Shown here: positions 36,316 through 45,875 of the stretch, piece by piece
How positions within the stretch are numbered: the stretch's first letter is position 1
Layout: each line of letters starts with the position of its first letter
Virus record (IMG/VR): IMGVR_UViG_3300034110_000180
Location: 1 to 60,585 of that record
DNA: 60,585 nt
Source of the DNA: a virus
Lineage: Duplodnaviria; Caudoviricetes
Strand: one strand, 5' to 3'
Made by a program: the position numbers and the translations under genes
The notes under the pieces: model-generated
Databases searched by the model: none
What the model was told of the DNA's origin: nothing
What the model saw: the letters and a program-made list of their open reading frames with translations, nothing else

Positions 36316-36663
36316 TTAAGAAATTCTCAAATAAAGTCCTATTGGGTATGTGTAGGGGGTTTGTTGCGGATGAGACATAGCCCTCCAAGTTCCCGACATG
36401 GAAGCTCCCACAGCACCGCCACCGAGGACAAGGCTGCTGCCATCTGTCGATAAGGAAACTGCCTGAAGAATATTGCCAGCAGCGGTTCCACCAAACAAAT
36501 TCGTTCCGCCTGAGTTTCTAAGAAACGCATAAGTACCCACGCCGCCTGCTGTTGCCCCTGCTGTTGCATTAAGCACTGCGGTTGTTGTTACAGCGCCAGC
36601 CGCCGTAGTTTGAACTGTTGCGTCATTGAACGTAATTGACGTTCCGCTTACTGTTACTGCCAT
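36316..36663 (-). CDS. Short tail-fibre-like protein
   Basis: GVGTYAFL..SGTWRAM..LYLRIS. Confidence 0.7.
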   Translation of the reverse strand: MAVTVSGTSITFNDATVQTTAAGAVTTTAVLNATAGATAGGVGTYAFLRNSGGTNLFGGTAAGNILQAVSLSTDGSSLVLGGGAVGASMSGTWRAMSHPQQTPYTYPIGLYLRIS

Positions 36664-36672
36664 GATGGCTCC

Positions 36673-37356
36673 TTATGCGGCACGAAAGCCGGTCGTTTGA
36701 TCCATAGTGAACTTGGTCACGCCGCCGTATTTAAACAGCAGTTGACCGCCTGATTCTTCAACTGTCCAGTTTGTCGATACCAATTTTGTCGCGTTTGTCG
36801 CGTTTGTCGCGTTTGTCGCGTTTGTCGCCGTGGCAGCATTGCCGCTGGTATTCTGGTTGCCTGCGGTGTTTACGCCGGGCAGGTCTATGTTGGTCGACCC
36901 ATCGAAGTTAACACCGCCGATACTTCTGGGGGTAGCTAGCTTCACAGCTTTGTCGATTGTCCCCACTACAGTTTGCAAAAATGTTTGAACCCCGGACCAA
37001 GTATTGGCGCTCTCTTTGATGCCAATGGATGACCCAATATCAGCAGCAGTCAGGCGTAGGCCCACAACAGTGCCGGCACTGAACGCCAACGCAGTCGTGC
37101 CCTCTTGTCCGCGCAGTACGTTAGAAAAAATGCCGGAGCCTGCCGTGCGCGTGCGGACGTATACGATTTCCACTGCACCTGTGGAGTCCTGAAGCGTGAC
37201 CTTGAACCAGTTGGTTGCTGCTGGCACAGACCCAGTGTTGGTGTTGGCCGTTGGGAACAAGTCCGCCTTGGACGCCTCAACCACCATGGATGTGGCGGAG
37301 TCCGTAATACTGGCTGTGAGCAGCGCTCTGGCGTTGTTCGTAAAAAGTTGAGGCAT
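36673..37356 (-). CDS. Tail-fibre proximal protein
   Basis: FTNNA..EIV..RGQEGT..RLTA; (ATN)n repeat. Confidence 0.75.
   Translation of the reverse strand: MPQLFTNNARALLTASITDSATSMVVEASKADLFPTANTNTGSVPAATNWFKVTLQDSTGAVEIVYVRTRTAGSGIFSNVLRGQEGTTALAFSAGTVVGLRLTAADIGSSIGIKESANTWSGVQTFLQTVVGTIDKAVKLATPRSIGGVNFDGSTNIDLPGVNTAGNQNTSGNAATATNATNATNATNATKLVSTNWTVEESGGQLLFKYGGVTKFTMDQTTGFRAA
36785..36828 (-). repeat. 9-bp tandem repeat encoding ATNATNATNAT
   Basis: (TTTGTCGCG)x4 plus partial copy. Confidence 0.85.
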
Positions 37357-37400
37357 TGCCTACTCCTTATGTGCTGGGCACTATTGTACTTGGCGCAGCG

Positions 37401-37913
37401 TTAGGCCGCCATAGTACTGGCGACTGTCTGCACCGCAGCAACGCGTCGACCCCAGCCTTTACCGAATGTACCCCAGTGAGGCAAATCCATCAAGAACGAC
37501 AATCGGCGCTTGGCGTAATCTTCCACCAAATCTGCTGGGTCAAATGCAGCCACTGCGGCCAGAGTCTTCGGGCCGATGCCACCATCTTGGTCCACGCCAA
37601 CGCAGCCTTGCAGCCACTTGGCGGCGCGCCCGGGGCCGCTGTTCACGGCAGCGTCAAACACGCAGTAGTCAACGCCTGCAGGCAGGTCGTCTCCTTTGAT
37701 CTTGTCCCAGTACTTGGCTTTGTACATCGGGCCCACCAGCTCGGGAGTCAGGGCCCGCATGGTTTTTTCGTCTACCTCGTGGCCAACCCACTCTTCCCAG
37801 ACGCGCTTTGTCACGCCGAGGTTGGTCATGCCGCCGGGATCGTCTTTATGAAAAACATAGCCACCCTCGTGGTGCAGCACAGCCTGCAAAGCCTCAGCAA
37901 AATTTTCGCGCAT
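37401..37913 (-). CDS. Endolysin, glycoside hydrolase 108 plus peptidoglycan-binding domain
   Basis: HEGGY..DPGGMTNLGVT..FDAAVNSG..DGGIGPKTL..FGKGW. Confidence 0.9.
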   Translation of the reverse strand: MRENFAEALQAVLHHEGGYVFHKDDPGGMTNLGVTKRVWEEWVGHEVDEKTMRALTPELVGPMYKAKYWDKIKGDDLPAGVDYCVFDAAVNSGPGRAAKWLQGCVGVDQDGGIGPKTLAAVAAFDPADLVEDYAKRRLSFLMDLPHWGTFGKGWGRRVAAVQTVASTMAA

Positions 37914-38403
37914 GTTCAATCCTATGGCAGTTGGCGCACAACAGTACACAACGCTCAATTTCTTGGGCTATGCGCTCCACACTGTTGTTCGATATTAGTT
38001 TGGATGGGTCTTCTTCTTTTTCACCGACATGATGAAAATCAAAAGCAGCCGAAGGAAAAACTCCCCCGCAATTCTGGCAGCATCCACCCATTGCGTCAAC
38101 GAGCGCATCCTTAATGGTTTGCTGCCTAGCTAATTTGAAATGTTTTGCACACCTCAACCAGCCACCTTTTCCATTTAGCTTTTCGCGGCATTCTACGCAC
38201 TCTCCATCAGTGGAATAAGCGCGCAGCGGTGCGTCCATTTTTCTCCCGGCCTTGGCTCTAAGGTAGTGGGCGTTGCACCAGCCTTTTGCAATTGCGTCGT
38301 GTGGGCAGTTATCGGCCGAACAAGACCCACGTTTATCGGCGCTATGACGTGTCTGCTCTTTTGCCATTGCATCAGCAATAGCCTTAACCAGCACGGATTT
38401 CAT
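37894..38403 (-). CDS. HNH endonuclease inside the lysis cassette
   Basis: CQNCG..FDFHH..LLCANCHR; ATGA overlap. Confidence 0.8.
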   Translation of the reverse strand: MKSVLVKAIADAMAKEQTRHSADKRGSCSADNCPHDAIAKGWCNAHYLRAKAGRKMDAPLRAYSTDGECVECREKLNGKGGWLRCAKHFKLARQQTIKDALVDAMGGCCQNCGGVFPSAAFDFHHVGEKEEDPSKLISNNSVERIAQEIERCVLLCANCHRIEHARKFC

Positions 38404-38858
38404 TTCATGTCCTTGAGTTTGCGGTTTTCTTCGCCCTTGTCCTTGGAGCCTTGCGAGCTGCCACGGTGGAAGTTGAGCACAGTACCGCACATGGTAATCA
38501 GGGAGCCGAGGGCCATATACACCAGTTCTTTGTTCTGCTCAGGCACGCCTTTGATGAACGCAAACCAAGCCAAGAAAATGGTGGCTGAGACAATACCGAT
38601 GTCCAGCGCATAAGCCGTGTTCTTGGCCAGCCACGAGGCTTCAGTCGACTCCTGAATCTTGGCGTTCATGTCCCGAGCGCTGTCGGTGTTTGCGTGTTCC
38701 AGTTCGGCCAGCTTGGTGTCGTTAGCCATCTTGGCCAGCTCGCCATCTTGCGCCATCTTGGCAAGGTCCATTTGCGCCTTGGCCTTGGCCTCAGGGTCCG
38801 GAATCAGCTTGTCGATGAGCTTGCCCCCAACATCCAACAGTGCGGTCAATGGAAACAT
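38400..38858 (-). CDS. Holin-like membrane protein
   Basis: GGKLIDKLIPDP..; two hydrophobic segments; F.RGSS.GS. Confidence 0.65.
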   Translation of the reverse strand: MFPLTALLDVGGKLIDKLIPDPEAKAKAQMDLAKMAQDGELAKMANDTKLAELEHANTDSARDMNAKIQESTEASWLAKNTAYALDIGIVSATIFLAWFAFIKGVPEQNKELVYMALGSLITMCGTVLNFHRGSSQGSKDKGEENRKLKDMK

Positions 38859-38860
38859 GT

Positions 38861-39715
38861 TTACCCCTCAATGAGTTTTTCAACCAGCTGCTCAAGTCTG
38901 GCAATCTTTGCGTCTTGTTGGACTATTCGTTGCGCAAGAGCAACAGCAGAAACCAGCGCTGCGCCACCGTAGTTTACTGACATCCGCCCATGCGTATCAG
39001 TGAGCACAGAATTTTGCAGCACAAGCGAAAGTGATTGAGCCGAAACGCCATCCTGCGTAACGTGGGAGTCTGTTCGATCAAACGTGCCGTGTTTGACCTT
39101 TGCAAGCTGCTCTATAAAATCCGCCGGCAGTTCGCGCCAGTTAGTTTTTACTCGCTCATCAGATGATGCGGTGAACGCGACTGCAGTGTAGCTATTTGCG
39201 CTGTTCAACCCATTAGCTGTGGTGGCTGTAGCCGCGTTGCCTGTACAAGAAGCGGAAGAGCCTGAAGTGTTCTGGTTGCCTGCGGTGTTCACACCGGGCA
39301 GGTTGATGTTTGCAGTGCCGTTGAAGCTGACACCGCCGATGAGGCGCGCTGTCTGCAAGGCAGTAGCCGTAGCTGCGTTGCCTCCGTTCGCCTCTGCCGT
39401 CACCACGATGTTTGCAGTGCCGTTGAAGCTTGTGCCGTTGATTGTCCGTGCAGTCTGTAGTGCCGTAGCTGTAGCAGCGTTGCCTGATGTCGAGCTGGAT
39501 GTTGTGGCATTCCCGCTCAGCGAAGCAGTGATCGTCCCAGCACTGAAGTTACCCGAGGCGTCCCGCTGTACGAGCTTGGATGCTGTGTTCGCAGACGTGG
39601 CGTCGCTGGCTACGAGCTTTTGCCCAAGCTCAGTGTTCAGGTTCGTAAAGTTGGTGTCGACCTCCGTGTTGGTCAGCGGAGACCCCTTACCAGCTCGGGT
39701 GACAATCGTAGCCAT
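38861..39715 (-). CDS. Tail fibre with C-terminal intramolecular chaperone (S74-like)
   Basis: Repeated GNAATATALQTAR..FNGTANI; SDERVK..GVSAQ. Confidence 0.8.
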   Translation of the reverse strand: MATIVTRAGKGSPLTNTEVDTNFTNLNTELGQKLVASDATSANTASKLVQRDASGNFSAGTITASLSGNATTSSSTSGNAATATALQTARTINGTSFNGTANIVVTAEANGGNAATATALQTARLIGGVSFNGTANINLPGVNTAGNQNTSGSSASCTGNAATATTANGLNSANSYTAVAFTASSDERVKTNWRELPADFIEQLAKVKHGTFDRTDSHVTQDGVSAQSLSLVLQNSVLTDTHGRMSVNYGGAALVSAVALAQRIVQQDAKIARLEQLVEKLIEG

Positions 39716-39727
39716 GGGCGGCCCCTA

Positions 39728-40165
39728 TCAGGAAACGGTGATAGACCAAGTGACGCTCATGGCGTCGTCTGCACCTTTGTTGACCACCGCGAACACTGTG
39801 CGGCACAGCATCGTGCCAGCCGAAGAAGCGTTGAACACGCCGGCCTCAACCGCAGCGCCAGTGGCGGTGCCTGCAGGGAACGTGGCTGTGTAGGTGACGA
39901 CAGCACCAGAAGCGGTGCTGGAGGCCAGTGCGACGCGACCGAGCTCAGCGCCCAGTGCAGTGTTACCAGCGGCTGCTGCGGTGTTGGTCGAGCCGAGAGC
40001 CATGTGGCTCATGGCCGTGGGGGTGCCGACCATACGGGCGGCGATGAATTCTTTGCCGACAGTGACAACCAAGTTCTTGATTTCGCGCTGGTCTTTGACT
40101 TGGCCGTCCGCGCCGGTGACGATGATGCGCACTTGGCCGGTGATTTTGATCTGATCGTTGATCAT
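39728..40165 (-). CDS. Virion structural protein
   Basis: NLVVTVG..EAGVFN..; AGGAG SD. Confidence 0.75.
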   Translation of the reverse strand: MINDQIKITGQVRIIVTGADGQVKDQREIKNLVVTVGKEFIAARMVGTPTAMSHMALGSTNTAAAAGNTALGAELGRVALASSTASGAVVTYTATFPAGTATGAAVEAGVFNASSAGTMLCRTVFAVVNKGADDAMSVTWSITVS

Positions 40166-40175
40166 GCTGACACTC

Positions 40176-40868
40176 CTAGGTAAAAGTTCTGGATTCGCCG
40201 ACGTAGTCTTCGGCAAAGTACGTCGGGTCGCAGTAGTTTTGCGAAACCAAAAGGCCCTCGTCAGAGGCCCCAATCATATCGCCAAACGGTTTGTTGTGGG
40301 AAAACACTTTGGTGTCTACGGCAAAAACGACGTTGGCCGCATTCTTAGCAAACACAAAAACGGAGCCGTCTGTAGCATCGAATGCGTCGCTCATCGCCAC
40401 GCCATCAAATACGCGCTTTGTCAGGACAGGCCGCGCCACGTCAGAAATCGAGTACGTATCAGCGAACGGCTTGGATGTTGTCTTGTATGGCCTGTCTGTT
40501 GGGGCCACGTAGTCGGCAAACTCCCGGGTAAACACCCGCACAGCCACAAACACTTCCGTGAAGCTGACTGAGTCATTCAGACTCTTGGCAACCTGCAGTG
40601 TCAAGTCATCGACAGTGGTTGCGCCGTCCGCTAACTGCTTGGCGACCGCAAGGGCCACGGCGTCACTGACCACAACGATCTCGGGGACGTACTTGAACTG
40701 CCCTGTCGTATCCAAGAAAGCACTGGTGTTGAGCAGGATGTAGGACACATCCACCGCTGGCGTCACGGCGCTGGCACTGGCCCCGGCAAGCGCGGCGCTT
40801 ACGCTGACTCTGGGCTTTACAACCCGCAGAGACGACGCCGTCGTGTTGCCTGTGACCCGGATTCCCAT
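40176..40868 (-). CDS. Virion structural protein
   Basis: TGATG coupling; beta-rich repeats. Confidence 0.7.
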   Translation of the reverse strand: MGIRVTGNTTASSLRVVKPRVSVSAALAGASASAVTPAVDVSYILLNTSAFLDTTGQFKYVPEIVVVSDAVALAVAKQLADGATTVDDLTLQVAKSLNDSVSFTEVFVAVRVFTREFADYVAPTDRPYKTTSKPFADTYSISDVARPVLTKRVFDGVAMSDAFDATDGSVFVFAKNAANVVFAVDTKVFSHNKPFGDMIGASDEGLLVSQNYCDPTYFAEDYVGESRTFT

Positions 40869-41200
40869 CAGAAGTCCTCACGCACCTTGAAGCGCAGTGT
40901 GTCGTACACGGTCTGAATCTGGCCGTCGGAGAACGTCATCTCGATCTCACCTTCGTAGTCGCCGGGCTCGCCCTGCAGCATCTCTGGAGCAGACGCTGGG
41001 TAAAACACGACTTGGCCGTTGGGCCCGTCAGTCACGGAACCCGTCACAGTGGCGGTGAGCGTGGTAGCCCCGGCAGCCCGAAACTTCAGAACGACCGTAG
41101 CGCCCGTAAGAACTACCGGTGCGCCGGTGGTGTCATCGGTGATGTTGCACACGAGGGCGGGGCGAGTGTCACCCTGAACCAGTTTGATTTTCTCGGCCAT
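40868..41200 (-). CDS. BppU-like structural protein
   Basis: QGDTRP..LTGATV..GDYEGEIE..FKVREDF. Confidence 0.7.
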   Translation of the reverse strand: MAEKIKLVQGDTRPALVCNITDDTTGAPVVLTGATVVLKFRAAGATTLTATVTGSVTDGPNGQVVFYPASAPEMLQGEPGDYEGEIEMTFSDGQIQTVYDTLRFKVREDF

Positions 41201-41208
41201 GTCAGTCC

Positions 41209-41817
41209 TTAGGCAATAGGGCGCTGGCGCACCATCAAGTTGATACCACGGAAGTCGCGGATTCTGGCAGTTGTGATGGCCCGCTCGTAGATGGCCTTCT
41301 GGGTTGTAGCCATGGCCACGTCAGTCCACTCTTTGTTCGGGATCATGGCCAGTCGCGCAACGGTGCCGCTCACGAGGGTGTCGGCCCATGTCTCATAAAT
41401 CCAGTCTTCCACGCCGGAGCCTGTGCGGCTGGGCTTCAGAACGGCGTAGACCTTGAACACCGACCGCTCCTCAGGTACAGGGGCGATGAAGATGCTGCGA
41501 TCGGCGTTGACCCAGAACTCCCGGGGGTCGCCTTTCTGGCCCAGATTCTGGGTGGCGACCAAGCGCAGGTCCGTGCGGTCAAGTGGCAAGTCGTTGTGAA
41601 TGACGGAGATCACGTCCTCGACCACGGCGTCAGCATCCAAGTCGTACTCGACGGTGCCGGAGGTGACATAGATCGCGTCGATCTGCTCGCGCCACAGGTA
41701 CGTGCGGGCGAAGAAGTCTGAGGCCACGATGGCCAGATACTCCTTCATCGTCGCGTTCGGGCAGTCGTTCAGGTGCGGCGACAGCAGCGGAAGAAAGTCA
41801 TCCCATGTTTTTGCCAT
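41209..41817 (-). CDS. Head-tail adaptor-like protein
   Basis: Position; TAATG coupling. Confidence 0.65.
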   Translation of the reverse strand: MAKTWDDFLPLLSPHLNDCPNATMKEYLAIVASDFFARTYLWREQIDAIYVTSGTVEYDLDADAVVEDVISVIHNDLPLDRTDLRLVATQNLGQKGDPREFWVNADRSIFIAPVPEERSVFKVYAVLKPSRTGSGVEDWIYETWADTLVSGTVARLAMIPNKEWTDVAMATTQKAIYERAITTARIRDFRGINLMVRQRPIA

Positions 41818-42494
41818 TACGCAACTCCCGGCTGCGAGGCAGCGTCAACTTGTTGTTTCGTGCCCAGCGCGTTCTGGAACGCTTGGTAGTGCGCGACGGC
41901 CCGCTGCATCATGGCTGTCTGCTCGGCGTCCTTGCTGTACGCACGGTACATCATGTAGTCAAACAGCGCGGTCGCAAAGATGTCGTCGATGCGAATCGTC
42001 TCGGCAGTCGTGGGGTCAAACAGCTGGGTGTCAGTGAGCGTGTGCTCGGCGGGCAGCACGGAGTAGATCACCTCCAGACGCGCAGAAGTCGTAGCTGGCG
42101 GGTACACCAGAAACTCTTTGGGCGTGCGGGGGTCAAACGTGTACAGCTCGATGGTGGCGGTCGGCGTCTCGGAGTACCAAGAGCGGCGCTGGGTGTCGAG
42201 GCTTTTGCGGGATGTCACGTAGATGCTTGACATGTCCGACGTGGGGGCGAGGTTGCGTACAACCTCAACCAACCGGATGGCGTTGGGGAACGACCCGGTG
42301 ATGTTTTGGCGTGGTCCGGCCACGCAGGTGAACTCGGCGGTCTGGGTGTTGACATCGGGCCGCAACCCGATGGTCTCCTTGTACGCGTCGTTGAGCCAGT
42401 ACTGCAGCTCGGCAACGGTCCACCGCACAGAGTCTTCGTCCTGCAAGAGCGTCTGTGCCCTCACGATCAGGTCAACAACTTTCACGGTGGCCAT
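41817..42494 (-). CDS. Head-tail adaptor / tail tubular A-like protein
   Basis: LQD..RW..EL..WLND; YRAYSKD. Confidence 0.7.
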   Translation of the reverse strand: MATVKVVDLIVRAQTLLQDEDSVRWTVAELQYWLNDAYKETIGLRPDVNTQTAEFTCVAGPRQNITGSFPNAIRLVEVVRNLAPTSDMSSIYVTSRKSLDTQRRSWYSETPTATIELYTFDPRTPKEFLVYPPATTSARLEVIYSVLPAEHTLTDTQLFDPTTAETIRIDDIFATALFDYMMYRAYSKDAEQTAMMQRAVAHYQAFQNALGTKQQVDAASQPGVA

Positions 42495-42502
42495 GGTCTA
42501 CC

Positions 42503-42781
42503 TCACAGTTCAGGCTCTACATCAGCCAATTCTACCGCAGCAGGAGCTTCAGGGGTAGCTTCTGCTTTCTTGGCGCGGGCTGGCTTCGCAGCAGTCTTGG
42601 CAGCGGCCTCATCGACAACGGCGTTGGAGTGGGCATTGGCCAAGTCTTGGCCCTCGGGCGTATACACCCATTCGGCACCGTCCATACGGGCCAGAATCAC
42701 AATCTTGCCGTCAACAACAGCGCGGGCTTTGTTGGACAGAATCTCGCCACCGAGGCGTTCGAGCAATTCGAGGATGTTCAT
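42503..42781 (-). CDS. Hypothetical protein
   Basis: GGAG SD. Confidence 0.75.
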   Translation of the reverse strand: MNILELLERLGGEILSNKARAVVDGKIVILARMDGAEWVYTPEGQDLANAHSNAVVDEAAAKTAAKPARAKKAEATPEAPAAVELADVEPEL

Positions 42782-42798
42782 TGTTTCTCCGTTAAATG

Positions 42799-42825
42799 AA
42801 AAAAGGGGCTCCGAAGAGCCCCTTT
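42799..42825 (-). terminator. Rho-independent terminator after the capsid gene
   Basis: GGGGCTC-TTCG-GAGCCCC-TTTTTT. Confidence 0.9.
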
Positions 42826-42838
42826 ATTGTGCCACCGA

Positions 42839-43840
42839 TCAGGTAGCCGAGCCAACTTGGGCAATGACCATGGCTTCGGGCTTGACGACCTTGCGGCCAT
42901 ACACAGCCAAACCACGGACGATGTCGCCGAAGTCAGTCTGGTTGCGCAGGGGCTCAGTCTTGTTCACGGTCATGGCGAAAGACGTTGCCGCCTTCGTACC
43001 AGCGACCATCAAACGACGGGCCTTGGCGCTAGCCACAGCACCACCAGTGGCGGGGTCGGTCAAACCAGCGACCAGCGCCTTGCCTGCAGCGCCTTTGGGC
43101 AACAGGTTGGACACGTACACAGTGAAGCGGTCCAGCATGCCGATCTTGCCACTGCGGATGGTCGACTGGGAGTCGCCAGTGAAGTAGGCTTGAGCGATGT
43201 TGGATTGCATCAACAGGTGGCGGTCGAAGGGGCTGATCACCAAGAAGCGACCATCTTCAGGCACGTTCTGCTCGTCCAACACTGTGGACATGCGCAGGAT
43301 ACCCTTCAGCACGTTCTCAGGAGTGGCTTGGTCGATGGGAGCGGTATCAGTGCCCAAGTTGTAGGCAGCAGAGATCGCACCAGCGGTAGCGCCTTCGTTG
43401 GCAGCGGCAGGGCCTTCGGTCACGAAACTGTTGAAGAACACTTCGTTTTCGATGGCGATCTTCAGCTGCTTGGCGGCGTCTTCAGTGAACATGTTCATCA
43501 AGTTCATGTCGGACTGATAGGCCAGCACGTCGTTGACTTGCACGCCGAAGTACTTGCCCTTGTTCACTTGCATATCTTGGAAGATAGGAGTGGGGACTTC
43601 GTACGACAGGGACTGGCCAACGGTGTAGTCGGAGATGCTGATCGAAGGAGCCAGACGGATACGGATGGTATCGCCTTGGTTCTTCAGTTCACCTTCATAG
43701 TCGGTGTTGGCGATTTCCGACAACATCGTGTTCTGGTAGAACTTGGCCAGCAACTTGCCAGACCACAGAGTGGGAATGAACGCACCGGAGTACGAGGGGT
43801 TGGTGGCAAAGCCACCGGAGACGGGATAAACTGCAGGCAT
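42839..43840 (-). CDS. Major capsid protein
   Basis: FIPTLWSGKLL..YEGE..GDTIRI..RGLAVYGRKVVKPE; AGGAGG SD; follows scaffold. Confidence 0.9.
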   Translation of the reverse strand: MPAVYPVSGGFATNPSYSGAFIPTLWSGKLLAKFYQNTMLSEIANTDYEGELKNQGDTIRIRLAPSISISDYTVGQSLSYEVPTPIFQDMQVNKGKYFGVQVNDVLAYQSDMNLMNMFTEDAAKQLKIAIENEVFFNSFVTEGPAAANEGATAGAISAAYNLGTDTAPIDQATPENVLKGILRMSTVLDEQNVPEDGRFLVISPFDRHLLMQSNIAQAYFTGDSQSTIRSGKIGMLDRFTVYVSNLLPKGAAGKALVAGLTDPATGGAVASAKARRLMVAGTKAATSFAMTVNKTEPLRNQTDFGDIVRGLAVYGRKVVKPEAMVIAQVGSAT

Positions 43841-43889
43841 GATGGCCTCCTAAATTAAGACAGGTTGGGGTTCAACGCTGTGTCACTGG

Positions 43890-44840
43890 TCACGCAACTA
43901 CGCGACCTTCCATGAACGCAGCATCAATTTCAGCTTCAAGTTTCTTTGCCGCGTCGGTTTGCCCTTTGGTCCCCAAATCTGCAGCCTTGCGGAACATCTT
44001 CTCGATGTCCGAGTTGGTGTAGACCTTGCCTTTTGGCGAGGCGCTGGGGGCGCTAGAAGCACCACGATTTGGCTGAAGTTGACGTTCCAGCTCTTCGGTT
44101 TTGTCGGTCTTTTGCTCCACGGGTGCAGTGTTCTGCTTGAACAAGGACACGTAGTGTGCAACGCCTTCAGCATCGCCTCGGTTGAACGCTTGCTGTGCAA
44201 CAGAAGCTCGGGGGGCTCGGAGCAGCGGGTCTACTTCGTTCAGCCAAGCAATCCACTTGGGATCAGCATTGACCACTTCAAAGTCCGGCACCAAACGGTA
44301 CAGGCGCTGCTCGAAACTTGCTTCGGACACTTGGGTGCCGGTACTGGTCAGCTGCTCGCGCAACTTCTCATTCTCGACCCTCATGGCGTCTAGCTCGCCT
44401 CGAAACTCTGCTGCCACTTCGCGGGCAACTTTGCGTTGGACCTCAATGAGGTCGGAACCAAATGCTTCAACATCAGCATCAGTCACCAACTTGGCCGGGG
44501 CTGCTGGCTCGACGGGCTTGGTCTCAGCGGCTTTGCGGAGGCTATCCACTTGGGCCTTGAGTTCGCGCATGTCGGCGTGCAGGCGAGGAACTTCGGCGTC
44601 GTACATGCCCTTGAGCGTTTTGTACTTCTGCTCCCATTTCTCTTCCGTGACCACGGGTTCGGTCGGTGTCGGCGTTGGCTCGGCAGGCTTGGGCTCAGCT
44701 GGCTGAGGCTGTGGGTCTTGGGGAGGCTCTGCTGGCTTCGGGTCAGGGTCTGCGGGTGCAGGGTTCTGGCTCTCTGCGAGCTGCTTTTCCAGTGCTTCCA
44801 GTTCTCGTAACTGCGCTTCTACTTGCTTTGGCAATGCCAT
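43890..44840 (-). CDS. Capsid scaffolding protein
   Basis: Pro-rich and coiled-coil; YKTLKGMY; EGRV C-terminus; upstream of MCP. Confidence 0.8.
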   Translation of the reverse strand: MALPKQVEAQLRELEALEKQLAESQNPAPADPDPKPAEPPQDPQPQPAEPKPAEPTPTPTEPVVTEEKWEQKYKTLKGMYDAEVPRLHADMRELKAQVDSLRKAAETKPVEPAAPAKLVTDADVEAFGSDLIEVQRKVAREVAAEFRGELDAMRVENEKLREQLTSTGTQVSEASFEQRLYRLVPDFEVVNADPKWIAWLNEVDPLLRAPRASVAQQAFNRGDAEGVAHYVSLFKQNTAPVEQKTDKTEELERQLQPNRGASSAPSASPKGKVYTNSDIEKMFRKAADLGTKGQTDAAKKLEAEIDAAFMEGRVVA

Positions 44841-44929
44841 TCAATTCTCCTTGGGCTCCAACTCTGCTTCAGGCTCCTACTGCGGTCTGCCGTTCACATA
44901 ATGGTTTGCTCGGATTTACAAAATTCGGA

Positions 44930-45172
44930 TCATTTGATCCGGTCGAAGACCTCGGACGATTTCTCAACCGCCTCGAGGAAATCTGATAAGACCTGAGCCT
45001 GACCTTGGAGACGGTACAGTCGGTGCGGTTCTTCTGCCTGCATCAACGAGGCCTTGGTCTCGTCTAGCTTGGTTCGGAACAGCGCCAACAGCGCTTCGTT
45101 CTCTTGCAACTTGCAGCGGATCAGCGCTTGCATGTGTTGCCGGTCTGGCTTCATGCCGATGAACGTTTTCAT
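44930..45172 (-). CDS. Small head-module protein
   Basis: YRLQGQAQVL motif; follows promoter. Confidence 0.7.
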   Translation of the reverse strand: MKTFIGMKPDRQHMQALIRCKLQENEALLALFRTKLDETKASLMQAEEPHRLYRLQGQAQVLSDFLEAVEKSSEVFDRIK

Positions 45173-45179
45173 TGTGTGT

Positions 45180-45210
45180 ATTCTATACCAGTGTGTTGGG
45201 GGTGTGTCAA
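45180..45210 (-). promoter_or_regulatory. Sigma70-like promoter for scaffold/capsid genes
   Basis: TTGACA-17-TATAGA(AT). Confidence 0.65.
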
Positions 45211-45863
45211 GAAAACAACAGGGCAATCAGTTCCTGCTCTGACGGATTGCGAATCGACTTGGGCTTCATGACCACGCTGCGGGTACTGATAGAGCCGACA
45301 ACTGTGTGCGCGACCGAGGCCGAAATGCGGATGCCGGCAGACGCCGACAACTTTGGCGGTTCGCATGCCACGACCTCAACTGGGTAGCCGCTGAGCGTCT
45401 CACCGGTGAACGGGGCGATCGCCGACGCGTGGGGCAGCAACATCTCCCATGTCGAGTACGAAACCGATACGGTGAGCGCGGTGCTGCATGCGGTGTTGGG
45501 CTTTTGTTGCGGATTTACAACAGATACCGTGGTGCGGGCGACTGTCGGAGAAATGACACCTGAGACCGGCAGCGGCACAAGGCCGAGCAGGACGCTTGGG
45601 AAATCGACGTTCCATCCGAAGTGGGCCTCGGCCACAACGCTCGGGGTCGTGACCATGCGTCGGAATTTTGGCACCCCGCCGGCAGCCTCGCGCTGCACCG
45701 TCTGCAGCAGGTGAACGATAGCCGTGGCCGTGGGCAACTGCGAGTAGGAAACCAGCAGCTCCCCGGCAGTACTGCCGGTGACGCCAGCCGCACGCAGGTG
45801 CTGAGCAGCCGTGCCGGTGCTCAGTTGCGATATTTCTACAAGCCGTTGCCCGGTTGTGGTCAC
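45207..45863 (-). CDS. Hypothetical structural protein
   Basis: GGGGAG SD, GTG start. Confidence 0.65.
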   Translation of the reverse strand: MTTTGQRLVEISQLSTGTAAQHLRAAGVTGSTAGELLVSYSQLPTATAIVHLLQTVQREAAGGVPKFRRMVTTPSVVAEAHFGWNVDFPSVLLGLVPLPVSGVISPTVARTTVSVVNPQQKPNTACSTALTVSVSYSTWEMLLPHASAIAPFTGETLSGYPVEVVACEPPKLSASAGIRISASVAHTVVGSISTRSVVMKPKSIRNPSEQELIALLFS

Positions 45864-45875
45864 GCTAGGCTCCCC

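Noticed and set aside
36673-39715. Diversity-generating retroelement TR/VR pair in fibre genes
   Set aside because: No reverse transcriptase, and the differences are not adenine-specific.
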